Notes under the pieces: generated by a model | Seen by the model: the letters and a program-made list of their open reading frames with translations, nothing else | Told to the model about the DNA's origin: nothing | The model's database searches: none | Position numbers and translations under genes: made by a program | Shown: piece by piece, positions 11,401-19,420 of the stretch | Position numbering within the stretch: the first letter of the stretch is position 1 | How the letters are laid out: each line of letters opens with the position of its first letter | Origin: a virus | Taxonomy: Duplodnaviria > Caudoviricetes | Direction: 5' to 3' (one strand) | DNA length: 27,895 nucleotides | Virus record (IMG/VR): IMGVR_UViG_3300006641_000134 | Location: 1 to 27,895 of that record

Positions 11401-11643
11401 ATTTAGTTCTGCTGGTCCGCCAGGAGCTCCTTGGTCTGCAGCTAAAATATATTGATTAAGACTATTTGATAAACCTGAAGGAGTTACGTTTGCATAATTT
11501 GGTGTGGCTGTCCATGTTGCACCAGTACCAATTTTAAATTTAAGGGTATCTGTTTCAATACCTATCTCACCTGCACGAAGAACGGGATCTGCTGATACCC
11601 AGTTTGCGGCGGTGTCTCTGCGTAATTGAATTCTAACTGCCAT
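8494..11643 (-). CDS. Long tail fibre protein with major-tropism-determinant-type N-terminal domain
   Basis: 1049 aa. N-terminus RIQLRRDTAANW...PVLRAGEIGIETDTLKFKIG matches the recalled Mtd_N motif. Contains GNVTGNLTGNVTG and PTTIAGYGITD fibre repeats. Confidence 0.8.
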   Translation of the reverse strand: MAVRIQLRRDTAANWVSADPVLRAGEIGIETDTLKFKIGTGATWTATPNYANVTPSGLSNSLNQYILAADQGAPGGPAELNSSGDLVIPENSIILWNDADYTYSTTVTATQPTADRTITLPNNSGTVITSGDTGTVTNTMLAGSIANNKLANSSITINGFPIPLGGEAAYSTDNIQEGTTNKYFSAELAQDAAAQALANGTHTNITVSYNDNANSISLAAAPGYTDEEARDAVAGLITGSTHDGVSVAYTDSGTGAGTLAFTNTDKGSSQNIFKNIVVGATTVVADGNNDTLTFVGSNGVGALANATNDVIEFYNTGVTSLTGTANEVEVDTSTGAVIVGLPNDVTVSNNLTITGKISSVDSIQIDKTATVTPAEGELSWNATDGTLQLGLIGGNFANHIGRDIVLKVFNAQGSTIPKGSVVYLYGAQGDRPSVRLASNSSDTTSSKTIGIAAESIAASADGLIITQGMLSGLSLGSYTPGDILWLGSTPGSFTSTKPSAPNHMVFIGVVAKANNGNGMVYIKPQNGYELNELHDVAISSVANNDVLKYDSTSGNWVNTKTLSIQNLTLSGNLTVNGTTTTVNTADLIVNDPLIYIGEGNTGNSVDLGFVASFDNGTYQHAGLVRDASDNKWKLFKGVTDEPTTTVNFTQGSLDTLAVATLEGNVSGNVTGNLTGNVTGDVSGNAGTVTNGVYTTGSYSNPSWITGLAWTKISSTPTTISGYGITDGVSTGGTYSNPSWLTSLAWSKISSTPTTIAGYGITDPIVLTSETYSNPAWITSLAWSKISSTPTTLAGYGITDALLSSTAASTYAPINNPTFTGTVAGITKTMVGLGNVENTALSTWAGSTNITTLGTIATGTWSGTTIATNKGGTGLTSYAAGDIVYASATDTLAKLAKGTDGQILTLASGVPSWAAAPITLPSQTGNSGKYLTTDGTTASWGTLVVPITTGIETISSNTATTIDTNPLSGFTSIEYMVSLKQGSKIRTSKVVLQTDGTSVDMTEFAITETGGTMSGVVVSATTSAGNALLQVTVTDAATTNVTVKFSEVKL
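9247..9558 (-). repeat. Three tandem 36-37 aa coding repeats in the long fibre
   Basis: YSNPxWxTxLAWxKISSTPTTxxGYGITD occurs three times in succession. Confidence 0.9.
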
Positions 11644-11646
11644 TTT

Positions 11647-12111
11647 CTATGCTGCTCCTCCGTCTATTATATCATTGTTTGGTGCTGATGAATAGTTTGA
11701 AGTTGCCGCTCCACCGTCCATAGATACAATATAATTTAAATCTGAAACATATTGACCATAATCAACATGGCGAACAAGACCTTCTCCAGCGTAGTGTTGG
11801 TGATCCAATAATTCTTTAGGACCAGCCACGTCATACCAGATATTTCCGTTATATACCTTTATTGTATTTTCAGAAGAATCAAAATACACTCTTCCTTGTG
11901 CTGGAGATGCTGGAGCATCTGCTAATACCTCAAATGAGTTTGAAGTTCCACTTCCTCCGCCGCTTCCTGTTCCAATTATAGACCAAGTAGCGCCATTGAA
12001 AAACTTCAAAGCATTAATTGTACTGTTATAGTAAATTTCTCCAACATAAGATCCTGTAGGATCTGAACTTAGGGCTGGCGGAGCAATCGTTGTCTTAAAT
12101 TGCTTTGCCAC
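11647..12111 (-). CDS. Structural protein with two GxxYY/FxS fibre motifs
   Basis: 154 aa, GTG start. GEIYYNSTINALKFFNGATW and GRVYFDSSENTIKVYNGNIW. C-terminal DGG motifs. Confidence 0.65.
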   Translation of the reverse strand: MAKQFKTTIAPPALSSDPTGSYVGEIYYNSTINALKFFNGATWSIIGTGSGGGSGTSNSFEVLADAPASPAQGRVYFDSSENTIKVYNGNIWYDVAGPKELLDHQHYAGEGLVRHVDYGQYVSDLNYIVSMDGGAATSNYSSAPNNDIIDGGAA

Positions 12112-12112
12112 G

Positions 12113-13525
12113 TTAACCTACTACTATTACCTTGTATGCTCCTGCTGAAGGGGCTGTAGCAAATTTAATTGTTACAGCAGAGGCAGATGTAAGTTCGACA
12201 TCTGTTTCTACCTTAGCATAAGGTGATGCAGTTTCAGATACCTGAACCATCACATCTGTAGTTCCTAAATTATGTGTTACTGTATAAGATGTTGCTGAAG
12301 TTGAAAGAGTTTGAACATACTTACGTGTAATTGCGTGGTAATTTGTACCATCATTTGTAAGGGTCCAGTTATCATTTGTCTCATTCCAAAGTACTGATAC
12401 ATTTGTCTCTGTTCCACGTTCAACTTCAAGACCAGCATTAGCTGTAGGAGAAGTCGTAACATTACTATTTAATACAACAACGTTATCTTCAATTGTTACT
12501 TGCTCTGTATTTAGTGATGTTAGGGTTCCGTTAACTGTTAAGTTTCCGCCAACTGTCAAGTCGCTGGTAATTGTTACGCTATCTGGAAGTCCAATTGTTA
12601 CTGCTGAATTTTCTGATCCTGAACCAGATACTTCAATTTCTCCAGCTGTTCCAGTTATTGTAGCTACATAATTGCCAGTTGTTTGAGTTGCAAGGTTAAC
12701 ATTCTTGATGCTTACTGCACCATTTGTTACTGTAAAGTCTGCATCTGCGAATGAAGCAACACCCTTATTAGATATCGATGCATCTTCGCCAGCTACCGTA
12801 ATTGATGTTCCAGTATGAGTTACATCAATTCCTTCTCCGCCTAGAATTGATAGGCTATGTCCTGATGGCGTTAAAGCACCAGAATCAGTTGTAACTGTCT
12901 TAACTACTGTATCTTCTAGCTCTACATGTCCAGTAGTTACATTGAAATCATCTGCATTGAATGAAGCAACACCTTTATTAGATGTGCTTGCATCTTCTCC
13001 AGCAATTGTAATTGTATTATTTGTTACAGTTGTATCAATTCCTTCTCCCGCCGCAAATGTGAGAGTATCGGTTAGAAGGTTTACTGTATCTGCTGTTCCA
13101 GATTCTGCAGCAATTGAAAGTGTTGTTGCTACGTTTACAGTTCCTGCAGCAGTCAAACGACCTTGTGCATCTACTGTAAATGTTGGAATCTGTGTTGTTG
13201 AACCATATGATCCTGCAGTTACTGTAGTATTATCAAGATCGATAGTTGTAGTTCCAGCATTATCATCATATGTTGCTGTGAGGGCGACTCCACCTATTAC
13301 GGAAGATCCAATTACATCTTGGATTACTTCTGTGGAACCAGACATTGGCATCCATGGGCCATTAGGCGATGCCAATCCATTGTAATAGTACATCGTGTTA
13401 TTCGATGTATCATAATAAATCTGACCAGAAACTGGGCTGGACGGAGCCGAACCTAAGTTCTGAATTCGAGCGTTTTGTAACTCATTCTTATTGAGATCAA
13501 CGCTAACTAAAAATTTTCTTGCCAT
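12113..13525 (-). CDS. Tail fibre/virion structural protein
   Basis: 470 aa. TAGSYGSTTQIPTFTVDAQGRLTAAG motif, C-terminal VTHNLGT domain. Confidence 0.75.
   Translation of the reverse strand: MARKFLVSVDLNKNELQNARIQNLGSAPSSPVSGQIYYDTSNNTMYYYNGLASPNGPWMPMSGSTEVIQDVIGSSVIGGVALTATYDDNAGTTTIDLDNTTVTAGSYGSTTQIPTFTVDAQGRLTAAGTVNVATTLSIAAESGTADTVNLLTDTLTFAAGEGIDTTVTNNTITIAGEDASTSNKGVASFNADDFNVTTGHVELEDTVVKTVTTDSGALTPSGHSLSILGGEGIDVTHTGTSITVAGEDASISNKGVASFADADFTVTNGAVSIKNVNLATQTTGNYVATITGTAGEIEVSGSGSENSAVTIGLPDSVTITSDLTVGGNLTVNGTLTSLNTEQVTIEDNVVVLNSNVTTSPTANAGLEVERGTETNVSVLWNETNDNWTLTNDGTNYHAITRKYVQTLSTSATSYTVTHNLGTTDVMVQVSETASPYAKVETDVELTSASAVTIKFATAPSAGAYKVIVVG
12713..13049 (-). repeat. Two 70-aa-period coding repeats
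   Basis: GEGIDxxxTxxxITxAGEDASxSNKGVASFxxxDFxVTxGxV occurs twice, 210 nt apart. Confidence 0.85.
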
Positions 13526-13537
13526 TTGCTTTGCTCC

Positions 13538-13996
13538 TTAAGACAGGTACGCTGTCCCTGAAAACGGTTGAGCCATTGTCAGTGTTAAAGTGTTGTTATT
13601 ATTATAGTCTATTCCAGTTTCTAATACATCTCCAGCGCTTGACTTAACCGTAACATTAGGCTTTATTCCTAAATTATGGGGTATCGCTACTGAATATATT
13701 CCATCTACTGGTCCAGTGACTTGAGCCATTTCCCAAGAGTAAACAAATGTGGCATTTAGGTAGTAGCTTGTTGCTCCAGCCCAAGTTAGGTCTGTAGGCT
13801 TAGGGCCATAAAATTTTGTAGTTGTCTTATCATAGTAGAAATCTCCCTCTAGACCCAAATTCTCTGCTGGAATCCCATTTCCATTAAGAATTGTTTTACC
13901 ACGGGGACCTTGTGGACCAGGGGTATTTACTACAACTTTACTAACTTGTTCTGTTACTACTACTGTTGGGTTATCGTTATTATTTATAATAGGCAT
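13538..13996 (-). CDS. Structural protein with short collagen-like motif
   Basis: 152 aa. PGPQGPRG, GLEGDFYYD...YGPK and C-terminal HNLG..P.V.V domain. Confidence 0.7.
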   Translation of the reverse strand: MPIINNNDNPTVVVTEQVSKVVVNTPGPQGPRGKTILNGNGIPAENLGLEGDFYYDKTTTKFYGPKPTDLTWAGATSYYLNATFVYSWEMAQVTGPVDGIYSVAIPHNLGIKPNVTVKSSAGDVLETGIDYNNNNTLTLTMAQPFSGTAYLS

Positions 13997-14346
13997 TAAA
14001 TTGTCACCGATCTACTCAATGTCATAAAGCCCTCTAGCAATTTAATTTTATTTGAATTGCTGTCAATAAGCATGATGTCATATGAGGATTTTGGATAGAA
14101 TAACTTATTAGTCTGAGTAGGAGTAATCTTAATGGTTAATTTACCATTTGGCCCGTCAATTGTTATTCCACCTGTAGAAGGTGAGGTTAATGTGAAAGCT
14201 AATTTGCTTCCGCCCTTTGTATCACGAACCTGCATTTTTGCGGTGCTACCAGTGATATCAATGGGATCTCCATCGTTGTCTTTATATTCAACGGTAAATG
14301 TGAAGGTAGTGTTTTGATCCACTTCCCAATTTTTTTGTCCTGCCAT
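13996..14346 (-). CDS. Virion structural protein (baseplate/fibre-attachment Ig-like type)
   Basis: 116 aa, AGGAG SD. DQNTTF...PIDITG.TAKMQVR...YDI...KLLEG motif common at the head of fibre operons. Confidence 0.65.
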   Translation of the reverse strand: MAGQKNWEVDQNTTFTFTVEYKDNDGDPIDITGSTAKMQVRDTKGGSKLAFTLTSPSTGGITIDGPNGKLTIKITPTQTNKLFYPKSSYDIMLIDSNSNKIKLLEGFMTLSRSVTI

Positions 14347-14369
14347 TTGCTAAAATCTCCTAAAATAGG

Positions 14370-14400
14370 AAAACTCCTACGCCCATTTTAGCATAGGAGC
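14370..14400 (-). terminator. Terminator-like hairpin that also contains an extended -10 element
   Basis: Minus strand GCTCCTATGC-TAAAATGG-GCGTAGGAGT-TTT. TGCTAAAAT spans the stem-loop junction upstream of the fibre operon. Confidence 0.55.
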
Positions 14401-14423
14401 TATCCTAACTACTTATTAAGTTA

Positions 14424-14651
14424 TTACTTCTTTGTGAAGCCGAAAGCTGGCTCATTTGGATTGAGTGCCTTCAGGATAACTGGGAGACATGCGGCAATAC
14501 CGCCCTTAATTAAATCTCCTGGGTCTGTGTTACCAGTCATATATAGAGCAATGGCTGCACCAAGAAAGTGACGACCATAGCTTGCTAACGCTGCTAGAAT
14601 TTTCTCTTGCATTGTTACCTTTCCATCATTATTTAGATCTTCTTTTGCCAT
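14424..14651 (-). CDS. Holin-like small membrane protein
   Basis: 75 aa, AGGAGG SD, two hydrophobic segments, C-terminal LKALNPNEPAFG. Confidence 0.6.
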   Translation of the reverse strand: MAKEDLNNDGKVTMQEKILAALASYGRHFLGAAIALYMTGNTDPGDLIKGGIAACLPVILKALNPNEPAFGFTKK

Positions 14652-14719
14652 AAGATCCTCCTATTTCTGGGCCTTGTGCCCAGGAATTTTGGGTTTCCCC
14701 AATATTTATTATATACCTT

Positions 14720-16654
14720 TTAGGCGGAAATGTCTACAATCTCACAATTGCCGTCTGAAGTACAAGCAAGAGTTTGAGTCCCAGATGTTCCGTCTTCTGT
14801 TTCATAGAAAGACAAATCTTCCCATCGAATAGAAGAAGGCATTTTAGAAAGAAGTTCAAGATATTCAGTCTCAGTTACTTCTTGGTATGGTGCTTGCTTA
14901 TATGAGTGATCTGAATGCGGTAGGAATGAAATTCCAGATACCTCATCAAAATGCTTATATACCCATGCCCCTACTTCCATCCATTCATCTTCCTTAACAG
15001 AAACTGTAATTGATGGCTTGTGTTCACACCAAGCACGTTGGTAAACCAACCATGTATTTAAATGTTCAATTGCTGTAAGATCATTACGTAGAATTGCACC
15101 TTCTGGTGCTTTTACTGGAAATGAAAATACGTATGTATCATTTGGCTTCATGAAGTCATCTTCTACTGGAATTCCGACTTCTTTTAGAAATGTTGATAAT
15201 GGGTCTTTCTTGTCTCCACGAACTGTACGAATATAATACTGTGAATGCCATGGATGCATTCCTGAAGATACTCCAACAAGTTGTGATACTGTTCCAGAAG
15301 GCTTAACGCATGTAATTGCTGCTGATACTGGAATCTTAAGAGATGCAGCCATTTCAGCATTAATTTCTCTAGCGTATTCACGAAGCCCTTCTAGTGTCTG
15401 CTCAAGCTTCTTCAAGTCCTGCTTTCCAGAAAAGAATTTGTTTCCAAACTGTCCAGTAAGAGAAACTCCTAATAGACGTTCTTCTTCTGTATTATCTTTC
15501 CAGATTTTACGTAGGTATTTAAAGTCTGTAAGAGTTGACTGCCATGTTCCAAGGATAGTTGCTAGACGTACCTTTTCTGCTACGGTTTTAGGAGTGTCGT
15601 TTTCACGAATTACAACTTCGGATAAATTACAGAACTGATAAGGTCTAAGGATAATTTCTGAGCAGGGGTTGGTTCCATAATGGATTTCAGGATCCCGCCT
15701 TCCCCATTTTCCTGCTTGCTTTTGAGCAGCGGCAACATTGTATATGCCACGCTCACCTGATTTGGAATCATATAGATTCTTCCATTCCGCAATAAACTGT
15801 TCCATTTCTGGCTTACGAGAATATGCTACTGAATTATTTGAAAGGGCTCGCTGTGAGTTGTTTTCCCACCAGTTTCCTGATTTTGCTGCTGCCATTTCAA
15901 TATCATTAATATTTGAAAGAGAGATCATCGCAGAACGACGAACTCCACCAACCACAACGATTTCGCCAATCTTACACATAATATCATGAGCCTCAATAGG
16001 CTTCAACTGGCGACCTGCTGCAGCTTTAAATTTTGCAATTGTAAAGTCAAAAAGGTTAATTAATGGTTGTGGTCCAGAAGAACGACCACCCATTGTCTTA
16101 AGACGTGCACCTGCTGGACGAAGTTTAGAAACATCTACAGATGGAATCTGTCCCGCCCATAGCATTGCAAGAAGTTCTCGGTATGCTTTTGCCCAACCAG
16201 TTTTAGAGTCCTCAACTACGATTGTAGTTGTAGACTTTTCAAATGATTCTGGGACGGCAGGAAGCTTATTAACATACTTGTATTCTACAGAGAAACCAAC
16301 ACCTGTACCACACATAAGAATATACATCGTCTCATCAAATGATCGTGGTGAATCTACTGGAACAAATGAGCAGTTATATCCTGCAACATGGTCTCTTTCA
16401 AGAGCAGCACCTGCAGTCATTACTGCTCGCATTGAAGGCATTACGCTTCTGTCATATACAGCCTTCTTTAAATCTTCTACAAGTTTAGAATCTGGCTCAT
16501 ATGCATAGTTAGTAAAAAGATGATCAAGCATATACGCAAAATATCTATCTACAGTTTCACCCCATGTTTCACGACGGTTTTCTTCAGGGATCCATCTTGC
16601 ATATCGTGACAATGCAATAAAGTTTTCATAGGGGTTTTCAATAGTTCTTGACAT
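14720..16654 (-). CDS. nrdJ: Class II (adenosylcobalamin-dependent) ribonucleotide reductase
   Basis: YNCSF, VVVGGVRRSA, TNPCSEI, TCVKPSGTVSQL, WCEHKPSITV and a C-terminal cysteine pair (CTSDGNC). No small subunit nearby. Start moved to ATG 16654 (AAGGAG SD). Confidence 0.92.
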   Translation of the reverse strand: MSRTIENPYENFIALSRYARWIPEENRRETWGETVDRYFAYMLDHLFTNYAYEPDSKLVEDLKKAVYDRSVMPSMRAVMTAGAALERDHVAGYNCSFVPVDSPRSFDETMYILMCGTGVGFSVEYKYVNKLPAVPESFEKSTTTIVVEDSKTGWAKAYRELLAMLWAGQIPSVDVSKLRPAGARLKTMGGRSSGPQPLINLFDFTIAKFKAAAGRQLKPIEAHDIMCKIGEIVVVGGVRRSAMISLSNINDIEMAAAKSGNWWENNSQRALSNNSVAYSRKPEMEQFIAEWKNLYDSKSGERGIYNVAAAQKQAGKWGRRDPEIHYGTNPCSEIILRPYQFCNLSEVVIRENDTPKTVAEKVRLATILGTWQSTLTDFKYLRKIWKDNTEEERLLGVSLTGQFGNKFFSGKQDLKKLEQTLEGLREYAREINAEMAASLKIPVSAAITCVKPSGTVSQLVGVSSGMHPWHSQYYIRTVRGDKKDPLSTFLKEVGIPVEDDFMKPNDTYVFSFPVKAPEGAILRNDLTAIEHLNTWLVYQRAWCEHKPSITVSVKEDEWMEVGAWVYKHFDEVSGISFLPHSDHSYKQAPYQEVTETEYLELLSKMPSSIRWEDLSFYETEDGTSGTQTLACTSDGNCEIVDISA

Positions 16655-16748
16655 TTTTGAGTAAAGCTCCTTCTCCGCCTTGCGGTTTAATTTAAAAAAT
16701 TGAATAGATACCAATTCTACCAAACTTTATTTAGTGTGGGAAGAGGTT

Positions 16749-17753
16749 TTAGAATCTTTCTTCTAAATGTTTAAATGCATTCTTAGTCAACTGAGTCCAA
16801 CTATATTGTTCATGTATTTTAGTTGACTGAGCAAAGTAATAACCAGATAAAGCTTTAAAATTAATTGCGGCAAAAACCATTTGATCTTCTAAATGCTCAC
16901 GATCTGGCTTAAAGAAACTTCCTAAATGTGGATCTCCTACTGCTTTAGGAACTCCTTCTGTTTCTGCATCTGTAAACCTTGACTTTAACTTTAATGGACC
17001 AATAAATTCTTTATAATGTGCCCAATCATAAGTTGTTATAACTGGCATGCCTGTAGCAAGCCCTTGTAGTGGAATAAATCCAAATCCTTCTCCCCATGTA
17101 GGATAAACCAAAACGTGGTGGGAATGATAAAGATCTACTAGCCTATCTATTGGATACTCTTCTGTAATAACCTTAATATTACTATATTTATGTTCTGGCA
17201 ATATAAGATTTTCATCATCATATAATCTAATAGTATGTGGACCTATTGATTTTATTGTTAATTGATATTCTGGATTATTACCAAATAGTTTAATGAAAGT
17301 ATCTACTACTGCCTGCCCGTCTTTTCTTGGAGAAGGTTCTCCTACATGCAAAAACTTTAACGGTTGTCCTTCTTTAATAATTCTTTTTACAGGTTTCCAT
17401 ATTGACTCTATACCATGTGGATAAACATATATTGGTTTAGTTATTCCATTATTACGATATACATCTGCACACCAATCAGATGTTGCCCAAACTTCATCAC
17501 ATAAATTCATACGCTCTGTCCATTCTGGACGGATCTTAGTAGATTCCCACGGAGTATAACCAATCTGATATTGATTTTTATGTAATTTATAATGATGAGG
17601 TTGTGTAAAGTTTAATTGAAGTTGAGCTTGAGGATTTGCAAAATCTACTTTATGTCCTAATTCTTGTAATGTACGAACAATATTTTGTCCAGCATAGCCG
17701 AAACCTACTGCTGGATTTAATCCCGCCTTAATTGTGTAATAAGATATATGCAT
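16749..17753 (-). CDS. GT-B fold glycosyltransferase (family 4-like)
   Basis: YTPWES, CDEVWATS, PHGI, RKDG and YPTWGEGFGFIPLQGLATGMPVI motifs. Likely start ATG 17753 (AGGA SD). Confidence 0.85.
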   Translation of the reverse strand: MHISYYTIKAGLNPAVGFGYAGQNIVRTLQELGHKVDFANPQAQLQLNFTQPHHYKLHKNQYQIGYTPWESTKIRPEWTERMNLCDEVWATSDWCADVYRNNGITKPIYVYPHGIESIWKPVKRIIKEGQPLKFLHVGEPSPRKDGQAVVDTFIKLFGNNPEYQLTIKSIGPHTIRLYDDENLILPEHKYSNIKVITEEYPIDRLVDLYHSHHVLVYPTWGEGFGFIPLQGLATGMPVITTYDWAHYKEFIGPLKLKSRFTDAETEGVPKAVGDPHLGSFFKPDREHLEDQMVFAAINFKALSGYYFAQSTKIHEQYSWTQLTKNAFKHLEERF

Positions 17754-17773
17754 TAAATTCCTAGTCAACCAGC

Positions 17774-17803
17774 TTGACACTAATTGTCAAACAATGCTAT
17801 TAT
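17774..17803 (+). promoter_or_regulatory. Divergent sigmaA-type promoter region
   Basis: TTGACA-N18-TATTAT with TG extension. TTGACA-CTAAT-TGTCAA is an inverted repeat that gives a -35 on each strand. Confidence 0.55.
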
Positions 17804-17830
17804 TATAGTTCGTTATCTCTATAGGAGGAA

Positions 17831-18391
17831 ATGCCCATGGAGAATATCAAACAACGTGTGAGCGAAGTTGCTCATACTTGGACATCAATAGCAATGATAA
17901 CATTATTTCTATTTGGTGTCCAGCCTCAACCGATAGAATCGGCGCAGGCATTGGTAGTAGAACCAAGCAAGACACAACTACAACTGAAGAAAGAAACGCT
18001 GGAAAAATTCAGCAACACTGTATACAAACCTTCAGAAATGTTGTCAGATACAGAATTAAAAAATCTGTTGAAGGCAGTAGGATTTGAAGGAGTAGCCTTG
18101 AAAAAGGCTTGGGCCATTGCCAAAGCGGAGTCTAATGGACGCCCGATGGCATATAATGGCAACAGGAATACTGGAGACAGTTCCTACGGAATTTTTCAGA
18201 TTAACATGTTGGGAAAACTCGGCATTGATCGTAAAGAGAAATTCGAATTAAAGTCGAACATATTATTGTTTGACCCAGTAATAAACGCAGAGATAACGTA
18301 CTACATGACCCAAGGCGGTAATGATTGGAGTTCATGGTCATCCCATACAACTGGGGCGATGAAAGAGTGGTTAGGAAAGTTTCCTAATTAA
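17831..18391 (+). CDS. Secreted/membrane-anchored lytic transglycosylase (lysozyme-like)
   Basis: N-terminal hydrophobic segment. AIAKAESNG (catalytic ES), SYGIFQIN, LFDPVINA, WSSW. True start may be ATG 17837 given SD spacing. Confidence 0.85.
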   Translation: MPMENIKQRVSEVAHTWTSIAMITLFLFGVQPQPIESAQALVVEPSKTQLQLKKETLEKFSNTVYKPSEMLSDTELKNLLKAVGFEGVALKKAWAIAKAESNGRPMAYNGNRNTGDSSYGIFQINMLGKLGIDRKEKFELKSNILLFDPVINAEITYYMTQGGNDWSSWSSHTTGAMKEWLGKFPN

Positions 18392-18408
18392 TAGGAACGG
18401 AGAAGTCA

Positions 18409-18615
18409 TTGAAGGTACAGATAGTATCTAAATATTTGGCTTTAGCAGCAGAGGGCCTTGTGCAGAAAATGGATTGTCCATTATGCCAGGGCCTTCTGAT
18501 GCCTAACCAGGATTTAAATGATATAATTTATGTATACTGCCTAGCATGCCAGTATAGAAATAACATTGGACTTGTAGAATATGAACGAATGGAAAAAGCC
18601 GTCAGAAATATCTGA
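18409..18615 (+). CDS. Small zinc-ribbon protein
   Basis: TTG start after GGAG. CPLC...CLAC. Confidence 0.7.
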   Translation: MKVQIVSKYLALAAEGLVQKMDCPLCQGLLMPNQDLNDIIYVYCLACQYRNNIGLVEYERMEKAVRNI

Positions 18616-18703
18616 AATCCAAACCGACGGCGGTCAAATAAAAGAAACAGACGCTATGGGTAGAGAAAAATTCTGGGAAGACTTGGGCAGACCAAATGAC
18701 TGA
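18581..18703 (+). CDS. Hypothetical 40-aa protein
   Basis: Not in track. MNEWKKPSEISEIQTDGGQIKETDAMGREKFWEDLGRPND fills the gap and overlaps both neighbours. Confidence 0.55.
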   Translation: MNEWKKPSEISEIQTDGGQIKETDAMGREKFWEDLGRPND

Positions 18704-18911
18704 AAACGAAAAATCACAAAATTTAGAAGATAACCTAGACATGGTTAATTACATCATGCTACATAGAATTTATGATCTATTAACAATTATTGCAAATAAG
18801 CTAGTGGGACCTGAAGATACATCCAAACTTATACAGTATCATGAACAAGGATTTTTATTGGGTCCCACTCCAGCATATACACCATCTGAAGATTCTTCAG
18901 AAAACTCTTGA
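18696..18911 (+). CDS. Hypothetical protein
   Basis: 71 aa, last gene of the plus-strand operon. Confidence 0.7.
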   Translation: MTENEKSQNLEDNLDMVNYIMLHRIYDLLTIIANKLVGPEDTSKLIQYHEQGFLLGPTPAYTPSEDSSENS

Positions 18912-18936
18912 CTTAGAAAATTCGCTATGTGATAAT
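18908..18936 (+). promoter_or_regulatory. sigmaA-type promoter of candidate small RNA
   Basis: TTGACT-N17-GATAAT with TG extension. Confidence 0.6.
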
Positions 18937-18942
18937 AATCTT

Positions 18943-19033
18943 GCACTGGTTGTAGCATCCCACCACTTTTGCTCCCAGTGCTTGCACGTAAGTGCAGCAA
19001 GACCCATTCGGATCCGCCTCTGAATGGGTTTTG
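18943..19033 (+). ncRNA. Candidate three-hairpin small RNA
   Basis: GCACTGG/CCAGTGC stem with C-rich loop, TGCAC-GTAA-GTGCA GNRA hairpin, 14-15 bp terminal hairpin ending in TTTT. Has its own promoter and no credible ORF. Confidence 0.6.
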
Positions 19034-19045
19034 TCCTATATAGAG

Positions 19046-19118
19046 CACCCCTGGCAAGAATTGAACTTGCGACACATGGCTTAGAAGTCCATTGTTCTAT
19101 CCACTGAACTACAGAGGT
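19046..19118 (-). tRNA. tRNA-Arg(UCU)
   Basis: Cloverleaf, acceptor ACCTCTG/CAGGGGT, anticodon loop CT-TCT-AA, T-loop TTCAATT. No encoded CCA. Confidence 0.9.
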
Positions 19119-19119
19119 A

Positions 19120-19194
19120 TGGAGCCCAATATCAGATTTGAACTGATGACCCTCCGCTTACAAGGCGGATGCTCTGCCACTGAGCTAATCGGGC
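19120..19194 (-). tRNA. tRNA-Thr(UGU)
   Basis: TCCGC-CTTGTAA-GCGGA anticodon arm, T-loop TTCAAAT, 3' CCA. Confidence 0.93.
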
Positions 19195-19195
19195 G

Positions 19196-19269
19196 TGGAG
19201 CGGATGATGAGAATCGAACTCACCCCTTCTGCTTGGAAGGCAGAGGCACTACCAATATGCAACATCCGC
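19196..19269 (-). tRNA. tRNA-Gly(UCC)
   Basis: Acceptor GCGGATG/CATCCGC, TCTGC-CTTCCAA-GCAGA anticodon arm, T-loop TTCGATT, 3' TCCA. Confidence 0.95.
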
Positions 19270-19270
19270 A

Positions 19271-19346
19271 TGGCTGGACCACCAGGGCTCGAACCTGGGA
19301 CCTAGAAGTTAACAGCTTCCCGCTCTGCCGACTGAGCTATGGTCCA
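19271..19346 (-). tRNA. tRNA-Asn(GUU)
   Basis: Acceptor TGGACCA/TGGTCCA, GAAG-CTGTTAA-CTTC anticodon arm, T-loop TTCGAGC, 3' GCCA. Confidence 0.95.
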
Positions 19347-19420
19347 ATTATTATAAGTATACTAAATGTAGTGCGAAATGAAAAGTGCGCCCGAAAAAAG
19401 TGCGGCGGGACTAGAAGAGA

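Noticed and set aside
8494-11643. Diversity-generating retroelement suggested by the Mtd_N-like domain
   Set aside because: No reverse transcriptase and no template/variable repeat pair differing at adenines was seen in the window. Mtd_N is only an anchor domain.
191-16508. Many plus-strand and off-frame ORFs in the track overlapping fibre and nrdJ genes
   Set aside because: Shadows of biased codon usage in Gly/Thr/Ser-rich genes. They have no SD or recognisable motifs and lie wholly within well-supported genes.
14720-16750. Intein, intron, cobalamin riboswitch or NrdR box at nrdJ
   Set aside because: The protein is continuous at normal length, and the short upstream gap shows no such motif.
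17760-17830. c-di-AMP riboswitch upstream of the cell-wall hydrolase
   Set aside because: The gap is only about 75 nt and is filled by divergent promoters.
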